NCBI GenBank assembly: GCA_030694425.1
Contig: JAUXYI010000034.1
Location: 31,298-95,297, forward strand
DNA: 64,000 nucleotides
DNA from: Thermodesulfovibrionia bacterium
GTDB lineage: Bacteria; Nitrospirota; Thermodesulfovibrionia; UBA6902; BMS3Bbin08
Reading direction: 5' to 3'
Part shown: piece by piece, positions 46,469 to 55,568 of the stretch
How positions within the stretch are numbered: position 1 is the stretch's first letter
How the letters are laid out: each line of letters opens with the position of its first letter
The notes under the pieces: generated by a model
Database searches by the model: none
What the model was told of the DNA's origin: nothing
Seen by the model: the letters and a program-made list of their open reading frames with translations, nothing else
Translations under genes and position numbers: made by a program

Positions 46469-47023
46469 TCAAGCAGATTTATACAGGCTCAACACGGTGT
46501 CGCCATATGTATAGTCTTTTGATTTCTGTAATCTGCCAAACTGCTCTGGCAGTTTTCTCTTTGTGAAATGTTCTGCAATGACCACACCATCCTGTCTCAA
46601 TATATGTGATTCACCAATAGCGGTCAATGCATGTACTATTTCATCTGTATGATATGGCGGATCAAGGAATATTATATCAAAATCAACATGGTTTCCTTCT
46701 GCCCATTCAATAAACAGTAAAGCTTTTTTTGTTACAACATTTGCTTTTTCCCTAAAACCGCTTTTTTCTAAAAGCAGCTTTATATTGTTAATATAATTCT
46801 TATTTGTCTCAACAAAAGATACCTCTGAAGCACCGCGGCTTAATGCCTCAAGCCCCACAGCGCCCGTGCCTGCGTAGAGGTCAAGAAAACGAGCTCCGTC
46901 AATTTTTTGTTTAAGTATATCAAAAAGCGCCTCTTTGACTTTTGACGAAGTAGGTCTTAATTGTTTATCGGAAGGAGCAAATTTTATTTTTCTTCCTTTT
47001 AGAATACCGCTGCTGACTTTCAT
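46469..47023 (-). CDS. rsmD: 16S rRNA (guanine966-N2)-methyltransferase
   Basis: RPTSSKVKEALFDIL, LDLYAGTGAVGLEALSRG, LDPPY. Confidence 0.85.
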   Translation of the reverse strand: MKVSSGILKGRKIKFAPSDKQLRPTSSKVKEALFDILKQKIDGARFLDLYAGTGAVGLEALSRGASEVSFVETNKNYINNIKLLLEKSGFREKANVVTKKALLFIEWAEGNHVDFDIIFLDPPYHTDEIVHALTAIGESHILRQDGVVIAEHFTKRKLPEQFGRLQKSKDYTYGDTVLSLYKSA

Positions 47024-47131
47024 TTTTTAATGGGCGGCTTTCTCAAAAATTAAGCGATAATTGTTTTTATCATACTTTTGCAAGAGCCTCTATACGATTA
47101 GAAATTTCTAACGGTTAATTTACCCGGATGC

Positions 47132-48577
47132 TTACTCAAAACCGTATTCTTTCCATCTTTTTGTAACAAGGTTTTTAATCTCTTCAGACATTGTTATGTC
47201 ATTTGGCCACTCGCGGGTAAAGCCTTCTGACAGCCATTTTTTTGTAGCATCTATTCCTATTTTTCCTCCATAGGCAGGGATGTCAGATGCATGTTCAAGC
47301 ACATCAAGGGGGCCTTCAATAACCACTGTATCGCGTTTTGGGTCAACATTATTCCCCATTCTCCATACTACCTCGCTTAGATTCTGCACATCCACCCATT
47401 TATCCACAACAACAATAGCCTTTGTAAAACTCATTTGCCCCATTCCCCATAAGGCATACATAACTTTTCTTGCATGCCCCGGGTAGCGTTTATCAATAGA
47501 TATAACAGCAATGTTGTGGAACACGCCTTCAAGCGGTAGATTCATGTCAACTATCTCAGGAAGCTGTTTTTTTAACAACGGAAGGAATATCCTCTCAGTT
47601 GCTTTTGCGATATAGCAGTCTTCCATCGGCGGCTTTCCGACAATTGTCGCGGGATAGATTGCATCTTTTCGGTGTGTGATGCAGGTGATATGGAATACAG
47701 GATATTCATCTTTTAATGAATAATAACCTGTGTGGTCGCCAAATGGTCCTTCTATTCTTCGTTCTCCGGGGTTGCAATACCCTTCAAGCACTATCTCTGA
47801 ATTGGCAGGAACTTCTAAATCTACGGTCTCGCATTTAACGAGTTCTACGGTATCATTCCTTAAAAATCCTGCAAAGAGCATTTCATCAATCCCTTCTGGC
47901 AAAGGGGCTGTTGCCGAGTACATTACAGCAGGGTCTGAACCTATTGCAACAGCTACTTCTAATCTCTTGCCTTTCCTTTCTGCATTACGATAATGTTTTG
48001 CGCCGTCTTTATGCATATGCCAGTGCATGCCCGTTGTTTTTGAGTCGTATACATGCATACGGTACATGCCGCAATTGCGAATGCCCGAGTCAGGGTCTTT
48101 TGTGAAGACCATTGGCAGAGTAATAAATTTCCCGCCGTCCTCAGGCCATGTCTTTAAAATAGGGAAGATATCAAGCGATGGATTGTCTTTAATAATTACT
48201 TCCTTGCAGTGTCCTGATTTTATAATTTTGGGGAAAAAGTCCGAGAGTTTTTTGAGTTTAGGCAGCGCCTTGAGTTTTTCAATAAAATTAGTTGGAATCT
48301 CAGGCTCAAGAAATTCCAGTATGCGTCCCCCTATGTCATCAAGGCTTTTTACCTCAAGAGCAAGCTGCATTCTTTCATAAGAGCCAAAGGCATTGACAAG
48401 GACAGGAAATTTTGAATTCTTCGGGTTCTCAAATAAAAGCGCAGGCCCGCCTGCTTTTACTATCCTGTCATTTATCTCTGCTATCTCGAGAGCAGGCTCA
48501 GCCTCGGCCTTAATCCGTTTCAAAAGCCCTTTTCCCTCAAGTAGCCTTAGAAATTCTCTTAAATCTTTGTAAGCCAT
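47132..48577 (-). CDS. UbiD-family (prenylated-FMN-dependent) decarboxylase
   Basis: The N-terminus MAYKDLREFLRLLEGKGLL and the overall length and pattern are typical of UbiD / menaquinone-pathway decarboxylases. Confidence 0.85.
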   Translation of the reverse strand: MAYKDLREFLRLLEGKGLLKRIKAEAEPALEIAEINDRIVKAGGPALLFENPKNSKFPVLVNAFGSYERMQLALEVKSLDDIGGRILEFLEPEIPTNFIEKLKALPKLKKLSDFFPKIIKSGHCKEVIIKDNPSLDIFPILKTWPEDGGKFITLPMVFTKDPDSGIRNCGMYRMHVYDSKTTGMHWHMHKDGAKHYRNAERKGKRLEVAVAIGSDPAVMYSATAPLPEGIDEMLFAGFLRNDTVELVKCETVDLEVPANSEIVLEGYCNPGERRIEGPFGDHTGYYSLKDEYPVFHITCITHRKDAIYPATIVGKPPMEDCYIAKATERIFLPLLKKQLPEIVDMNLPLEGVFHNIAVISIDKRYPGHARKVMYALWGMGQMSFTKAIVVVDKWVDVQNLSEVVWRMGNNVDPKRDTVVIEGPLDVLEHASDIPAYGGKIGIDATKKWLSEGFTREWPNDITMSEEIKNLVTKRWKEYGFE

Positions 48578-48699
48578 TGAACAATATGATACAGGATATA
48601 TGATATGGGATACAAGTCAGCAAATCGCCTTTTTTGTCAGGTCAATCTGGATTAACCTTTCAAGCTGTGTTACAATTTTTCATCTAATCTTATTTTTCT

Positions 48700-49542
48700 A
48701 TGCAGGTAATCAGGACTATAAAAAATATGCAGACCTTGAGCAAGGCGCTCAGGTCTGAGAAAAAGACCATAGGGTTTGTTCCAACAATGGGCGCCCTTCA
48801 CGAGGGACATCTAAGTCTTGTCAGGCGGTCAAAAAATGAAAATGATGCAACGGTTGTCAGCATTTTTATAAATCCAACACAGTTTGGTCCAAAGGAAGAT
48901 TTTAAGCAATATCCAAAGGATGAAAAAGGAGATTTGAACAAACTTTCTGGTCTTAATGTAGATGCTGTTTTCATTCCCGAGGCTGATGAGATGTACCATG
49001 ATGGCTTTAATACAACGATAAACATAGGACATATCGGGGAAATACTCTGCGGGGCATCAAGGCACGGGCATTTTAACGGAGTAGCAACAGTAGTTGAAAA
49101 ACTTTTTAATATTGTCATGCCTGATAAGACATATTTTGGGCAGAAGGATTTCCAGCAGACAGTGGTCATAAAAAAATTGGTTAAGGATTTGAATTTTAAT
49201 ATAGATATTATTGTTTGTCCTACGGTGAGGGAGACTGACTGGCTTGCAATGAGTTCAAGAAACAGCTATTTAAACAATGAGGAAAGAAAGGCAGCTACGA
49301 TTTTATATAAAGCATTAAAACAAGGCGAGGCGCTTTTAGGTAGAGGCGCAGATGATGTTTCTGATGTCAGGAGAGGAATGAAAGCCTTGATAAAATCAGA
49401 GCCATTAGCAGAAATAGAATATATTGAAGTTGTGGAACCCCGGACCCTTCAAGGAATTGAAAAGATAAAAAAGCCCGTTGTAATATGCCTTGCTGTCAAA
49501 ATCGGTAAGACAAGGCTTATTGATAACTTGGTTGTTGAGTAA
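48700..49542 (+). CDS. panC: pantoate--beta-alanine ligase
   Basis: GFVPTMGALHEGHLSL signature. Confidence 0.9.
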   Translation: MQVIRTIKNMQTLSKALRSEKKTIGFVPTMGALHEGHLSLVRRSKNENDATVVSIFINPTQFGPKEDFKQYPKDEKGDLNKLSGLNVDAVFIPEADEMYHDGFNTTINIGHIGEILCGASRHGHFNGVATVVEKLFNIVMPDKTYFGQKDFQQTVVIKKLVKDLNFNIDIIVCPTVRETDWLAMSSRNSYLNNEERKAATILYKALKQGEALLGRGADDVSDVRRGMKALIKSEPLAEIEYIEVVEPRTLQGIEKIKKPVVICLAVKIGKTRLIDNLVVE

Positions 49543-49651
49543 ATTATTGCTCGGTGAAGCCCTTAGATTGATTTTTTTAAGACATATCAAGTAAAATTAT
49601 AGTTTAACATCTTTAGATTCAAAGAAGTCTTAAAACATAAGAGGAGAAGCA

Positions 49652-49789
49652 ATGACTTATACTACCTATCACCCTCATAATAGAAAGCGCAATAAAACTC
49701 ATGGCTTCCTTGAGAGAATGAGCACTAAAGGCGGTCGTAAGGTTTTAAAAAGAAGGCGTCAGAAGGGACGCAAAAGATTAACTGTATAA
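49652..49789 (+). CDS. rpmH: 50S ribosomal protein L34
   Basis: Not in the ORF track (45 aa). [45 protein letters not shown] matches the L34 consensus. GAGGAG RBS. Confidence 0.9.
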   Translation: MTYTTYHPHNRKRNKTHGFLERMSTKGGRKVLKRRRQKGRKRLTV

Positions 49790-49888
49790 TTTCTAAATGT
49801 CTTAGATATCAAAATTCAAAAGTATATGCCCCTCATTTTTTCATTTAGATATAATCTTTATGAATGAAAATCGGACAAGGAGAATTAA

Positions 49889-50119
49889 TTGAAAACATTA
49901 TTAGTTTTCACAATTGGATGTTATAAAAAATACATATCGCCGTTTCTGCCTCATTCATGCAGGTTTTATCCATCGTGCTCAAGTTATTGCATGGAGGCAA
50001 CAGAAAGATACGGCTTTCTGAAGGGTTTATGGTTTTTTTTAAAGCGTATTCTAAAATGTCACCCGCTGCATCCTGGCGGATATGATCCGGTGCCAATGAA
50101 TTTGCAGAAGATAAGATAA
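49889..50119 (+). CDS. yidD: membrane protein insertion efficiency factor YidD
   Basis: [10 protein letters not shown] and HPGGYDPVP motifs. Confidence 0.9.
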   Translation: MKTLLVFTIGCYKKYISPFLPHSCRFYPSCSSYCMEATERYGFLKGLWFFLKRILKCHPLHPGGYDPVPMNLQKIR

Positions 50120-51738
50120 TGGAAAAAAGAACTCTTTTAGCAATAGCCTTATCAATCATTATCCTTGTGGCATTTTCATATCTTTCTCCCCAAAGACCTC
50201 TACAAAAGCAGGTAAAACAGCAGCCCGCAGAGAGTAAAGCAGAAGGCCAGATAAAAAAGGAAGAAAAACCATCGGTGCAGGCGGAGGTTGCTATCCCTGC
50301 TGCACAACCCCTGCCATCAGAGGAAAAGGAAATAAAGGTTGAGACTGACTTATATTCAGCAGTCTTTACCACAAAAGGCGGGACATTTAAAAAATGGGAG
50401 CTAAAAAAGTTTACTGATTCTGTCAGCAAAAAGCCTATTCAGCTATTACCGCCTGATACCCCGATACCGCCGATATCTATTATTCTTGAGGGCCAGCCAA
50501 TGGATGCAACCCAAAAAATTGACTATATTTATAATGCTGACAATGATTCTATACTATTGGACAGCAAAACTAATAAAGATACCCTTACATTTTTCTACAC
50601 AGACCCTGCAGGATTTTCTGTTAAGAAAAGTTTCACATTTTACAGGGACGATTACAAGGTTGACCTTACGACTGAAGTAAAAGGCGTTAAGTCATATTAT
50701 GTTGTCCTTGGTTCAGAATTCGGCATTTTTGATAAAAAAGGGACATGGGTTCACATAGGACCGGTTCTCCTGAACGATAATAAAAAAATTGATATAAGTG
50801 CAGACAATATTGAAGGAATAGGTTTTTTCCAGCGTTATATTACAGGCAGAAAAAGCAGGGATGAAATAGCATATCAGGGCAATATCTGGTGGATTGCCCA
50901 GGAAGATAAATATTTTGCAGCAGCCCTTGCATCCTTAAGCAGAACGAATGATGTAAAGGTATGGACGAGGGGAAAAGAGAGTAAAAATCAGGGTGTTGAA
51001 ATCGCTTATAAGGTAGAAGGAGAAAAAGGTAAATTTTTATTATACGCCGGACCCAAAAAAGACGAGATACTCAAGCCTCTTAATGTAGGTTTAGAGCATA
51101 TAATTGATTTCGGGTTTTTTTCCATAATTGCAAGACCGCTTTTCTGGCTTTTGAAATATCTTTATAAACTCATAGGGAATTACGGGTGGGCTATAATCAT
51201 CCTTACTATACTTACCAGAATACCATTCATACCGCTCCTTAACAAAAGCCAGAAGTCAATGAAAAAACTTCAGGACATACAACCTCACATGGCTGAAATA
51301 AAAGAGAAATACAAAAAAGACCCCCAGAAGATGCAGAAAGAAATGATGGGGCTTTACAAAAAACATAAGGTAAATCCTGTTGGCGGCTGTCTGCCTATGC
51401 TGATTCAGATGCCGGTGTTCCTTGCCCTTTATCAAATATTGCTCATAGCCGTTGAACTGAGAGGTGCGCCATTTTTCTTGTGGATAACTGACCTTTCAGT
51501 AAAAGACCCTTATTATGTTTTTCCCATATTAATGGGGGCAACCATGGTAATCCAGCAAAAAATAACCCCTACTGCAATGGAGCCCCTGCAGGCAAAGATG
51601 ATGATGCTTATGCCCATTGTCTTTACCTTCATGTTTTTAAGTTTTCCCGCAGGGCTTGTCCTGTACTGGCTCGTAAATAACACATTAGGCATAGTCCAAC
51701 AGGTTTACGTAAACAAAAAATCAAAAAAGCCTGCATAG
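50119..51738 (+). CDS. yidC: membrane protein insertase YidC
   Basis: N-terminal TM segment, large periplasmic domain, and a conserved 5-TM core (GWAIIILTILTR...). The start overlaps the yidD stop. Confidence 0.9.
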   Translation: MEKRTLLAIALSIIILVAFSYLSPQRPLQKQVKQQPAESKAEGQIKKEEKPSVQAEVAIPAAQPLPSEEKEIKVETDLYSAVFTTKGGTFKKWELKKFTDSVSKKPIQLLPPDTPIPPISIILEGQPMDATQKIDYIYNADNDSILLDSKTNKDTLTFFYTDPAGFSVKKSFTFYRDDYKVDLTTEVKGVKSYYVVLGSEFGIFDKKGTWVHIGPVLLNDNKKIDISADNIEGIGFFQRYITGRKSRDEIAYQGNIWWIAQEDKYFAAALASLSRTNDVKVWTRGKESKNQGVEIAYKVEGEKGKFLLYAGPKKDEILKPLNVGLEHIIDFGFFSIIARPLFWLLKYLYKLIGNYGWAIIILTILTRIPFIPLLNKSQKSMKKLQDIQPHMAEIKEKYKKDPQKMQKEMMGLYKKHKVNPVGGCLPMLIQMPVFLALYQILLIAVELRGAPFFLWITDLSVKDPYYVFPILMGATMVIQQKITPTAMEPLQAKMMMLMPIVFTFMFLSFPAGLVLYWLVNNTLGIVQQVYVNKKSKKPA

Positions 51739-51850
51739 AAAATCAAAGCAAAATATAAAAATAAAAATGCAAAATTAAGGAATTATTTACTAAAATTTAA
51801 ATTGATTTTTTCCACAATTTTGAATTTTAATTTTTATATTTTTAAATTTC
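51739..51850. repeat. family E AT-rich repeat
   Basis: aaaatgcaaaattaaggaattatt...ttccacaattttgaatttt. Confidence 0.55.
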
Positions 51851-51907
51851 ACGTAAATCTTCCATTTGACAACTATAGCAAACGAAATAAGTAATGTTAC
51901 ATTTTCT

Positions 51908-51984
51908 GTCATGCTCCCGATGCTTCGGGATTCGGTATCTTTCTTTAAGAATCCCGATGCATCGGGACGACAAGCGGGAATGAC
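51908..51984. repeat. family B-like palindromic repeat
   Basis: gtcatgc-tcccgatgcttcggga-...-atcccgatgcatcgggac-...gcgggaatgac. Confidence 0.55.
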
Positions 51985-52032
51985 ACACTAAAGAGTTATG
52001 TCAACTGTTTGTATTAATTAAGTGAATAAATC

Positions 52033-53649
52033 ATGTTTACCGATGACACCATAGCTGCCATATCAACCCCCTTAGGCCATAGCGGTATAGGAATTGTAAG
52101 ACTTAGCGGTAAAGACGCAATAAAGATAGCAGATAAGATTTTTTTGTCTCCAAAGAATAAAACCCTTAAACAAATACTATCCCACAGAATCATTTACGGT
52201 CATATCATAAATTTAAACAAAGAGATTATAGATGAAGCGCTGATTTCCGTAATGCGCAGTCCTCATACTTATACAAAAGAGGACGTTGTAGAAATAAATT
52301 GTCACGGCGGTCCTGTGCCGTTGCGCAGGATTTTAGAGCTTGTTTTAAAAAATGGCGCAAGGCTTGCCGAACCAGGGGAATTTACCAGAAGGGCATTTTT
52401 AAATGGAAGAATTGACCTTGCCCAGGCAGAGGCTGTACTTGATGTTATAAATGCAATGACAGAGCAGAGTCAGAAAAGTGCAATTGAACAGCTAAGAGGA
52501 GGACTTTCAAAAAAAATAGAAGCCATAAGGGAAAAACTGATTGAGCTTACTGCTTTTGTTGAGGCATATATTGATTTTCCAGAAGAAGATATAGAGCCGA
52601 TGTCTTTAACAGGCATGAAAGAGCGAGCTTTAAAGATACAGCAGTCATTAAGAGAACTTATAGAGAGTTCGCACTATGGAATGATTCTAAGAGAAGGGCT
52701 TAAGACAGCAATTATCGGCAGGCCTAACGTTGGCAAATCTTCTTTGCTCAATGCGCTTCTTGAACAAGACAGGGCTATTGTAACAGAAGTTCCGGGGACA
52801 ACAAGAGATGTTATTGAGGATTATTTGAATATCCAGGGGCTTCCTGTAAAAATTATGGATACGGCCGGAATAAGAGAGGTTGAAGATATTGCTGAAAAAG
52901 AAGGGGTAAAAAGAAGCCTCTTTGCAATGAAGGATGCAGATTTGGCGCTTATTGTACTTGATGGAAGCGAAGATTTGCATGATACAGACAGAGAACTGAT
53001 TGAAAAATCAAATCCGCAGAACACAATTTTAGTTATAAATAAAATAGACCTCCCGCAAAAGATAAAATTAAAAGAATCAAAAACGCATAAAAATGTCATT
53101 GCGAGTCCCGACACTTCGGGACGAAGCAATCTCAAAGACGAGATTCTTCGCGGAGTTTATCCTGAGCAGAAAGACGAGATTCTTCGCGGAGTTTATCCTG
53201 AGCAGAAAGATGAGATTCTTCGCGGAGTTTATCCTGAGCAGAAAGACGAGATTCTTCGCTTCGCTCAGAATGACATGCGAAGGGCTCAGAATGACATGCG
53301 AAGGGCTCAGAATGACAAATTAGAGGTACTCTCAAATCATATAGTCAAAATCTCTGCCCTGAAAGGCATGGGGCTTGATGAATTGAAAGATAAAATAGTT
53401 GAAGCAGTCTTACACGGCAAACCTGCAAATGGCAGTGGTATTGTGACGAACATAAGGCATGTGAATGCATTGGAGCGGGCACTTAAATCAATAAATTCCT
53501 TTATCAAGGAGATTGACAAAAAAACCTCTCCTGAATTTCTGTCAGTTGAATTAAGAGAATCCCTTGATGCAATTGGAGAGATAATAGGGATTACCACTCC
53601 CGAAGATATACTTAATAGAATCTTTAGCAATTTTTGTATTGGGAAGTAA
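52033..53649 (+). CDS. mnmE: tRNA modification GTPase MnmE carrying a ~75-aa repeat-derived insertion
   Basis: G1 GRPNVGKSSL, G3 DTAGIRE, G4 NKIDL, G5-like ISALKG, C-terminal CIGK. The insert lies between G4 and G5. Confidence 0.9.
   Translation: MFTDDTIAAISTPLGHSGIGIVRLSGKDAIKIADKIFLSPKNKTLKQILSHRIIYGHIINLNKEIIDEALISVMRSPHTYTKEDVVEINCHGGPVPLRRILELVLKNGARLAEPGEFTRRAFLNGRIDLAQAEAVLDVINAMTEQSQKSAIEQLRGGLSKKIEAIREKLIELTAFVEAYIDFPEEDIEPMSLTGMKERALKIQQSLRELIESSHYGMILREGLKTAIIGRPNVGKSSLLNALLEQDRAIVTEVPGTTRDVIEDYLNIQGLPVKIMDTAGIREVEDIAEKEGVKRSLFAMKDADLALIVLDGSEDLHDTDRELIEKSNPQNTILVINKIDLPQKIKLKESKTHKNVIASPDTSGRSNLKDEILRGVYPEQKDEILRGVYPEQKDEILRGVYPEQKDEILRFAQNDMRRAQNDMRRAQNDKLEVLSNHIVKISALKGMGLDELKDKIVEAVLHGKPANGSGIVTNIRHVNALERALKSINSFIKEIDKKTSPEFLSVELRESLDAIGEIIGITTPEDILNRIFSNFCIGK
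53134..53259. repeat. 36-bp tandem repeat, 3.5 copies
   Basis: aaagacgagattcttcgcggagtttatcctgagcag at 53134, 53170 and 53206 (one c>t change), with a partial copy at 53242. Encodes KDEILRGVYPEQ repeats. Confidence 0.9.
53261..53317. repeat. 21-bp tandem repeat, ~2.7 copies
   Basis: tgcgaagggctcagaatgaca at 53276 and 53297, preceded by a partial copy. Encodes AQNDMRR repeats. Confidence 0.8.
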
Positions 53650-53819
53650 TAAAAAATGCTGACAAGATTTTTAGGGAAAACTGTAAGGCATCATTACAGA
53701 CACCCTTGATTTTTATTGATATTTCAGATCTCTTAATTTAAAATATTGCAAATTTAATACCAAGTGGGATTATCAAGGCAGAAGCGGCAGAGAATTTTTT
53801 ATAGTCCTTTTTTGGGCAC

Positions 53820-54014
53820 TTAAAAAGGAAGCTTTCGAATTCTAACTCTATTATCTTCAACTGATATTATAGAGCCTTTTTTAACATCGTCTTCGATTAA
53901 CTTATCTGACGCACTTGGTGACAATATCTCATTTACCCTGATTACATCATGACCAAGTTTTCTAAGAAAAAGCACAGTTATTGGGGAGATATGCATATCA
54001 GCAAGAATTTTCAT
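53820..54014 (-). CDS. DUF5615-like (PIN-like) putative toxin, unusually short
   Basis: MKILADMHISPITVLFLRKLGHDVIRV resembles the DUF5615 N-terminus. Only 64 aa. Overlaps the upstream DUF433 gene by 4 nt. Confidence 0.5.
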   Translation of the reverse strand: MKILADMHISPITVLFLRKLGHDVIRVNEILSPSASDKLIEDDVKKGSIISVEDNRVRIRKLPF

Positions 54015-54229
54015 GCGATAGCAATAGTTTTTTCACTTGCCAACCAGGCTCCATACTTTGCAGCCTGATAAATATCTTCCTTTTCTAATTCAGGATAATT
54101 TTGGATGATCTCATCTGTTGTATAACCATCACCAAGGAGTTTTAAAATAAAGTCAACAGTAATACGGAGATTTCTTATTGTGGGTTTGCCTTCGCAAATA
54201 TCCGGATTAATCGTTATTCTGTCTAACAT
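54011..54229 (-). CDS. DUF433-like putative antitoxin
   Basis: ITINPDICEGKPTIRNLRITV...DEIIQNYPELEKEDIYQA matches the DUF433 pattern. Confidence 0.7.
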   Translation of the reverse strand: MLDRITINPDICEGKPTIRNLRITVDFILKLLGDGYTTDEIIQNYPELEKEDIYQAAKYGAWLASEKTIAIA

Positions 54230-54257
54230 AATATAATCATATCAAACAAAGAATTAT

Positions 54258-55184
54258 TTGGCAACAAGCCAAATTGCTGTAAAAATTTTTCAAAGAATCC
54301 ATTCAAAATCAGGTATAATCTACTCTATGATACGCCTTAAGGAAGTTAGACATGTCCTTATTTATACTCTATTTCTAAACATGGCTGTTGCCTTAGCAAA
54401 AATAATCTATGGTTACAAGACAAATTCTATAAGCATGTTCTCTGATGGCTTTCATTCATTTTTTGACGGGACATCCAATGTTATAGGGCTTATTGGCATA
54501 TGGATAGCATCACAGCCGCCTGACGAGAGCCACCCTTATGGACACAGAAAATTTGAGACCCTGTCAACTATTGCGATAGCTGTCCTCATATTTTTTGCAG
54601 GACTTGAAATATTAAAGAAAGCCTATCACGGCTTAAGAGAGCCTCACAGTATTGAGGTAACTTCCATGAGCTTTATAATCATGTCAATAACACTTCTAAT
54701 AAACATAGGGGTGATGACTTATGAAAGAAAAAAAGGGCGGGAGCTTAAAAGCGATTTTCTTATTGCAGATGCCCTGCATACAAACTCTGATATATTTGTC
54801 TCGCTGTCTGTAATTGTAAGCCTTATCGCAGCAAAAATCGGCTATCCTATCATTGATTCAATTGCAGCTATTATTATTGTCATTCTGATTGCAAAGATAG
54901 GCTATGGCATACTCAAGTCAGCTACGGATGTTCTATCTGATGCAGCACGTATTGACACAAGGGAAATAAAGGATATAGTTATGCTGATAGAGGGCATAAA
55001 AGAATGTCATGAGATAAGGACAAGGGGAAGAGAGGATGCGGTGCACATTGACCTTCATATCCTCATTGACCCCGGGGAGCAGATACATAAAGCACATGAC
55101 TTAGCGCATTCTGTAGAAGAGGTCATTAAAAAAAAATTTCCTTCAGTTATAGATGTTGTTGTTCACATTGAGCCTTATAAATAA
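54258..55184 (+). CDS. cation diffusion facilitator family transporter
   Basis: Six TM segments, with SDGFHSFFD and ADALHTNSD metal-site motifs. The probable start is the ATG at 54327. Confidence 0.85.
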   Translation: MATSQIAVKIFQRIHSKSGIIYSMIRLKEVRHVLIYTLFLNMAVALAKIIYGYKTNSISMFSDGFHSFFDGTSNVIGLIGIWIASQPPDESHPYGHRKFETLSTIAIAVLIFFAGLEILKKAYHGLREPHSIEVTSMSFIIMSITLLINIGVMTYERKKGRELKSDFLIADALHTNSDIFVSLSVIVSLIAAKIGYPIIDSIAAIIIVILIAKIGYGILKSATDVLSDAARIDTREIKDIVMLIEGIKECHEIRTRGREDAVHIDLHILIDPGEQIHKAHDLAHSVEEVIKKKFPSVIDVVVHIEPYK

Positions 55185-55260
55185 ACTCTACATTATTTGT
55201 GGTTAAACAGGATGTAAAATTTGTATACTTATTTATAAAAATAAAACTCAGATAATGCTT

Positions 55261-55411
55261 TTACTAATGAGTTCATTAGTGAAGCCTCATAAGCAGTCAT
55301 TCCTGCGAAAGCAGGAATCCAGGAAAACCAAAGAAAATACTGGATTCCCGCTTAAGGACTGCGGGAATGACGGAAAAAGCAATGTGCTCTTACTTATGGT
55401 CTTCTTAGTAA
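55261..55411. mobile_element. family A MITE, full-length copy with terminal inverted repeats
   Basis: TIRs ttactaatgag... / ...cttcttagtaa. Core at 55296-55371. Reverse-complement homologue of 60803-60984. Confidence 0.8.
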
Positions 55412-55426
55412 AACAAAAAACTTGGA

Positions 55427-55527
55427 ACGCAGATTTGCAGGATTTATCACGATTTACACAGATAAATATTTTTATTTCTGAAGAGAGATTATTTTAAAAT
55501 CATTTTTTTCTGTGTTAATCTGTGTCC
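55427..55527. repeat. family D interspersed repeat
   Basis: acgcagatttgcaggatttatcacgatttacacagataaa ... ttctgtgttaatctgtgtcc. Confidence 0.4.
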
Positions 55528-55568
55528 AATTGCTTTTTTAGTAAAACTTTTTAAAAAAGGAGAAATAT

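Larger units (their letters stand above)
53094..53317. mobile_element. family B MITE-like element with internal tandem amplification, in frame inside mnmE
   Basis: Same module order as 11786-11918 (gtcattgcgag-tcccgacacttcggga-cgaagcaatctc-...-gctcagaatgaca). Confidence 0.75.

Noticed and set aside
47400-47408. Perfect DnaA-box-like TTATCCACA (another at 29388-29396) near the rpmH/yidC region, where oriC often lies
   Set aside because: Both are single occurrences inside coding sequence (ubiD-family gene, radical-SAM gene). There is no cluster, no AT-rich unwinding element context and no dnaA gene in the window.
48578-48699. gatac/gatat-rich short direct repeats in the ubiD-panC divergent spacer considered as a sixth repeat family
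   Set aside because: There is only one locus in the window and the units are very short, so this cannot be distinguished from low-complexity promoter DNA.
49908-50429. 173-aa minus-strand ORF
   Set aside because: It is antisense to the well-supported yidD and yidC genes.
53134-53317. Regularly spaced 36-bp and 21-bp repeats that at first glance resemble a CRISPR array
   Set aside because: The units are directly adjacent with no spacers, lie inside the mnmE ORF in frame, and match an interspersed repeat family. They are tandem repeats, not a CRISPR array.
53093-53335. 76-aa (+) and 67-aa (-) ORFs overlapping mnmE
   Set aside because: They are alternative-frame or antisense readings of the tandem repeats inside mnmE, artefacts of the repeat periodicity.
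55255-55497. 80-aa ORF in the track
   Set aside because: It is the conceptual translation of a family A MITE plus a family D repeat (..SFLRKQESRKTKENTGFPLKDCGNDG..). There is no RBS or coding signal.
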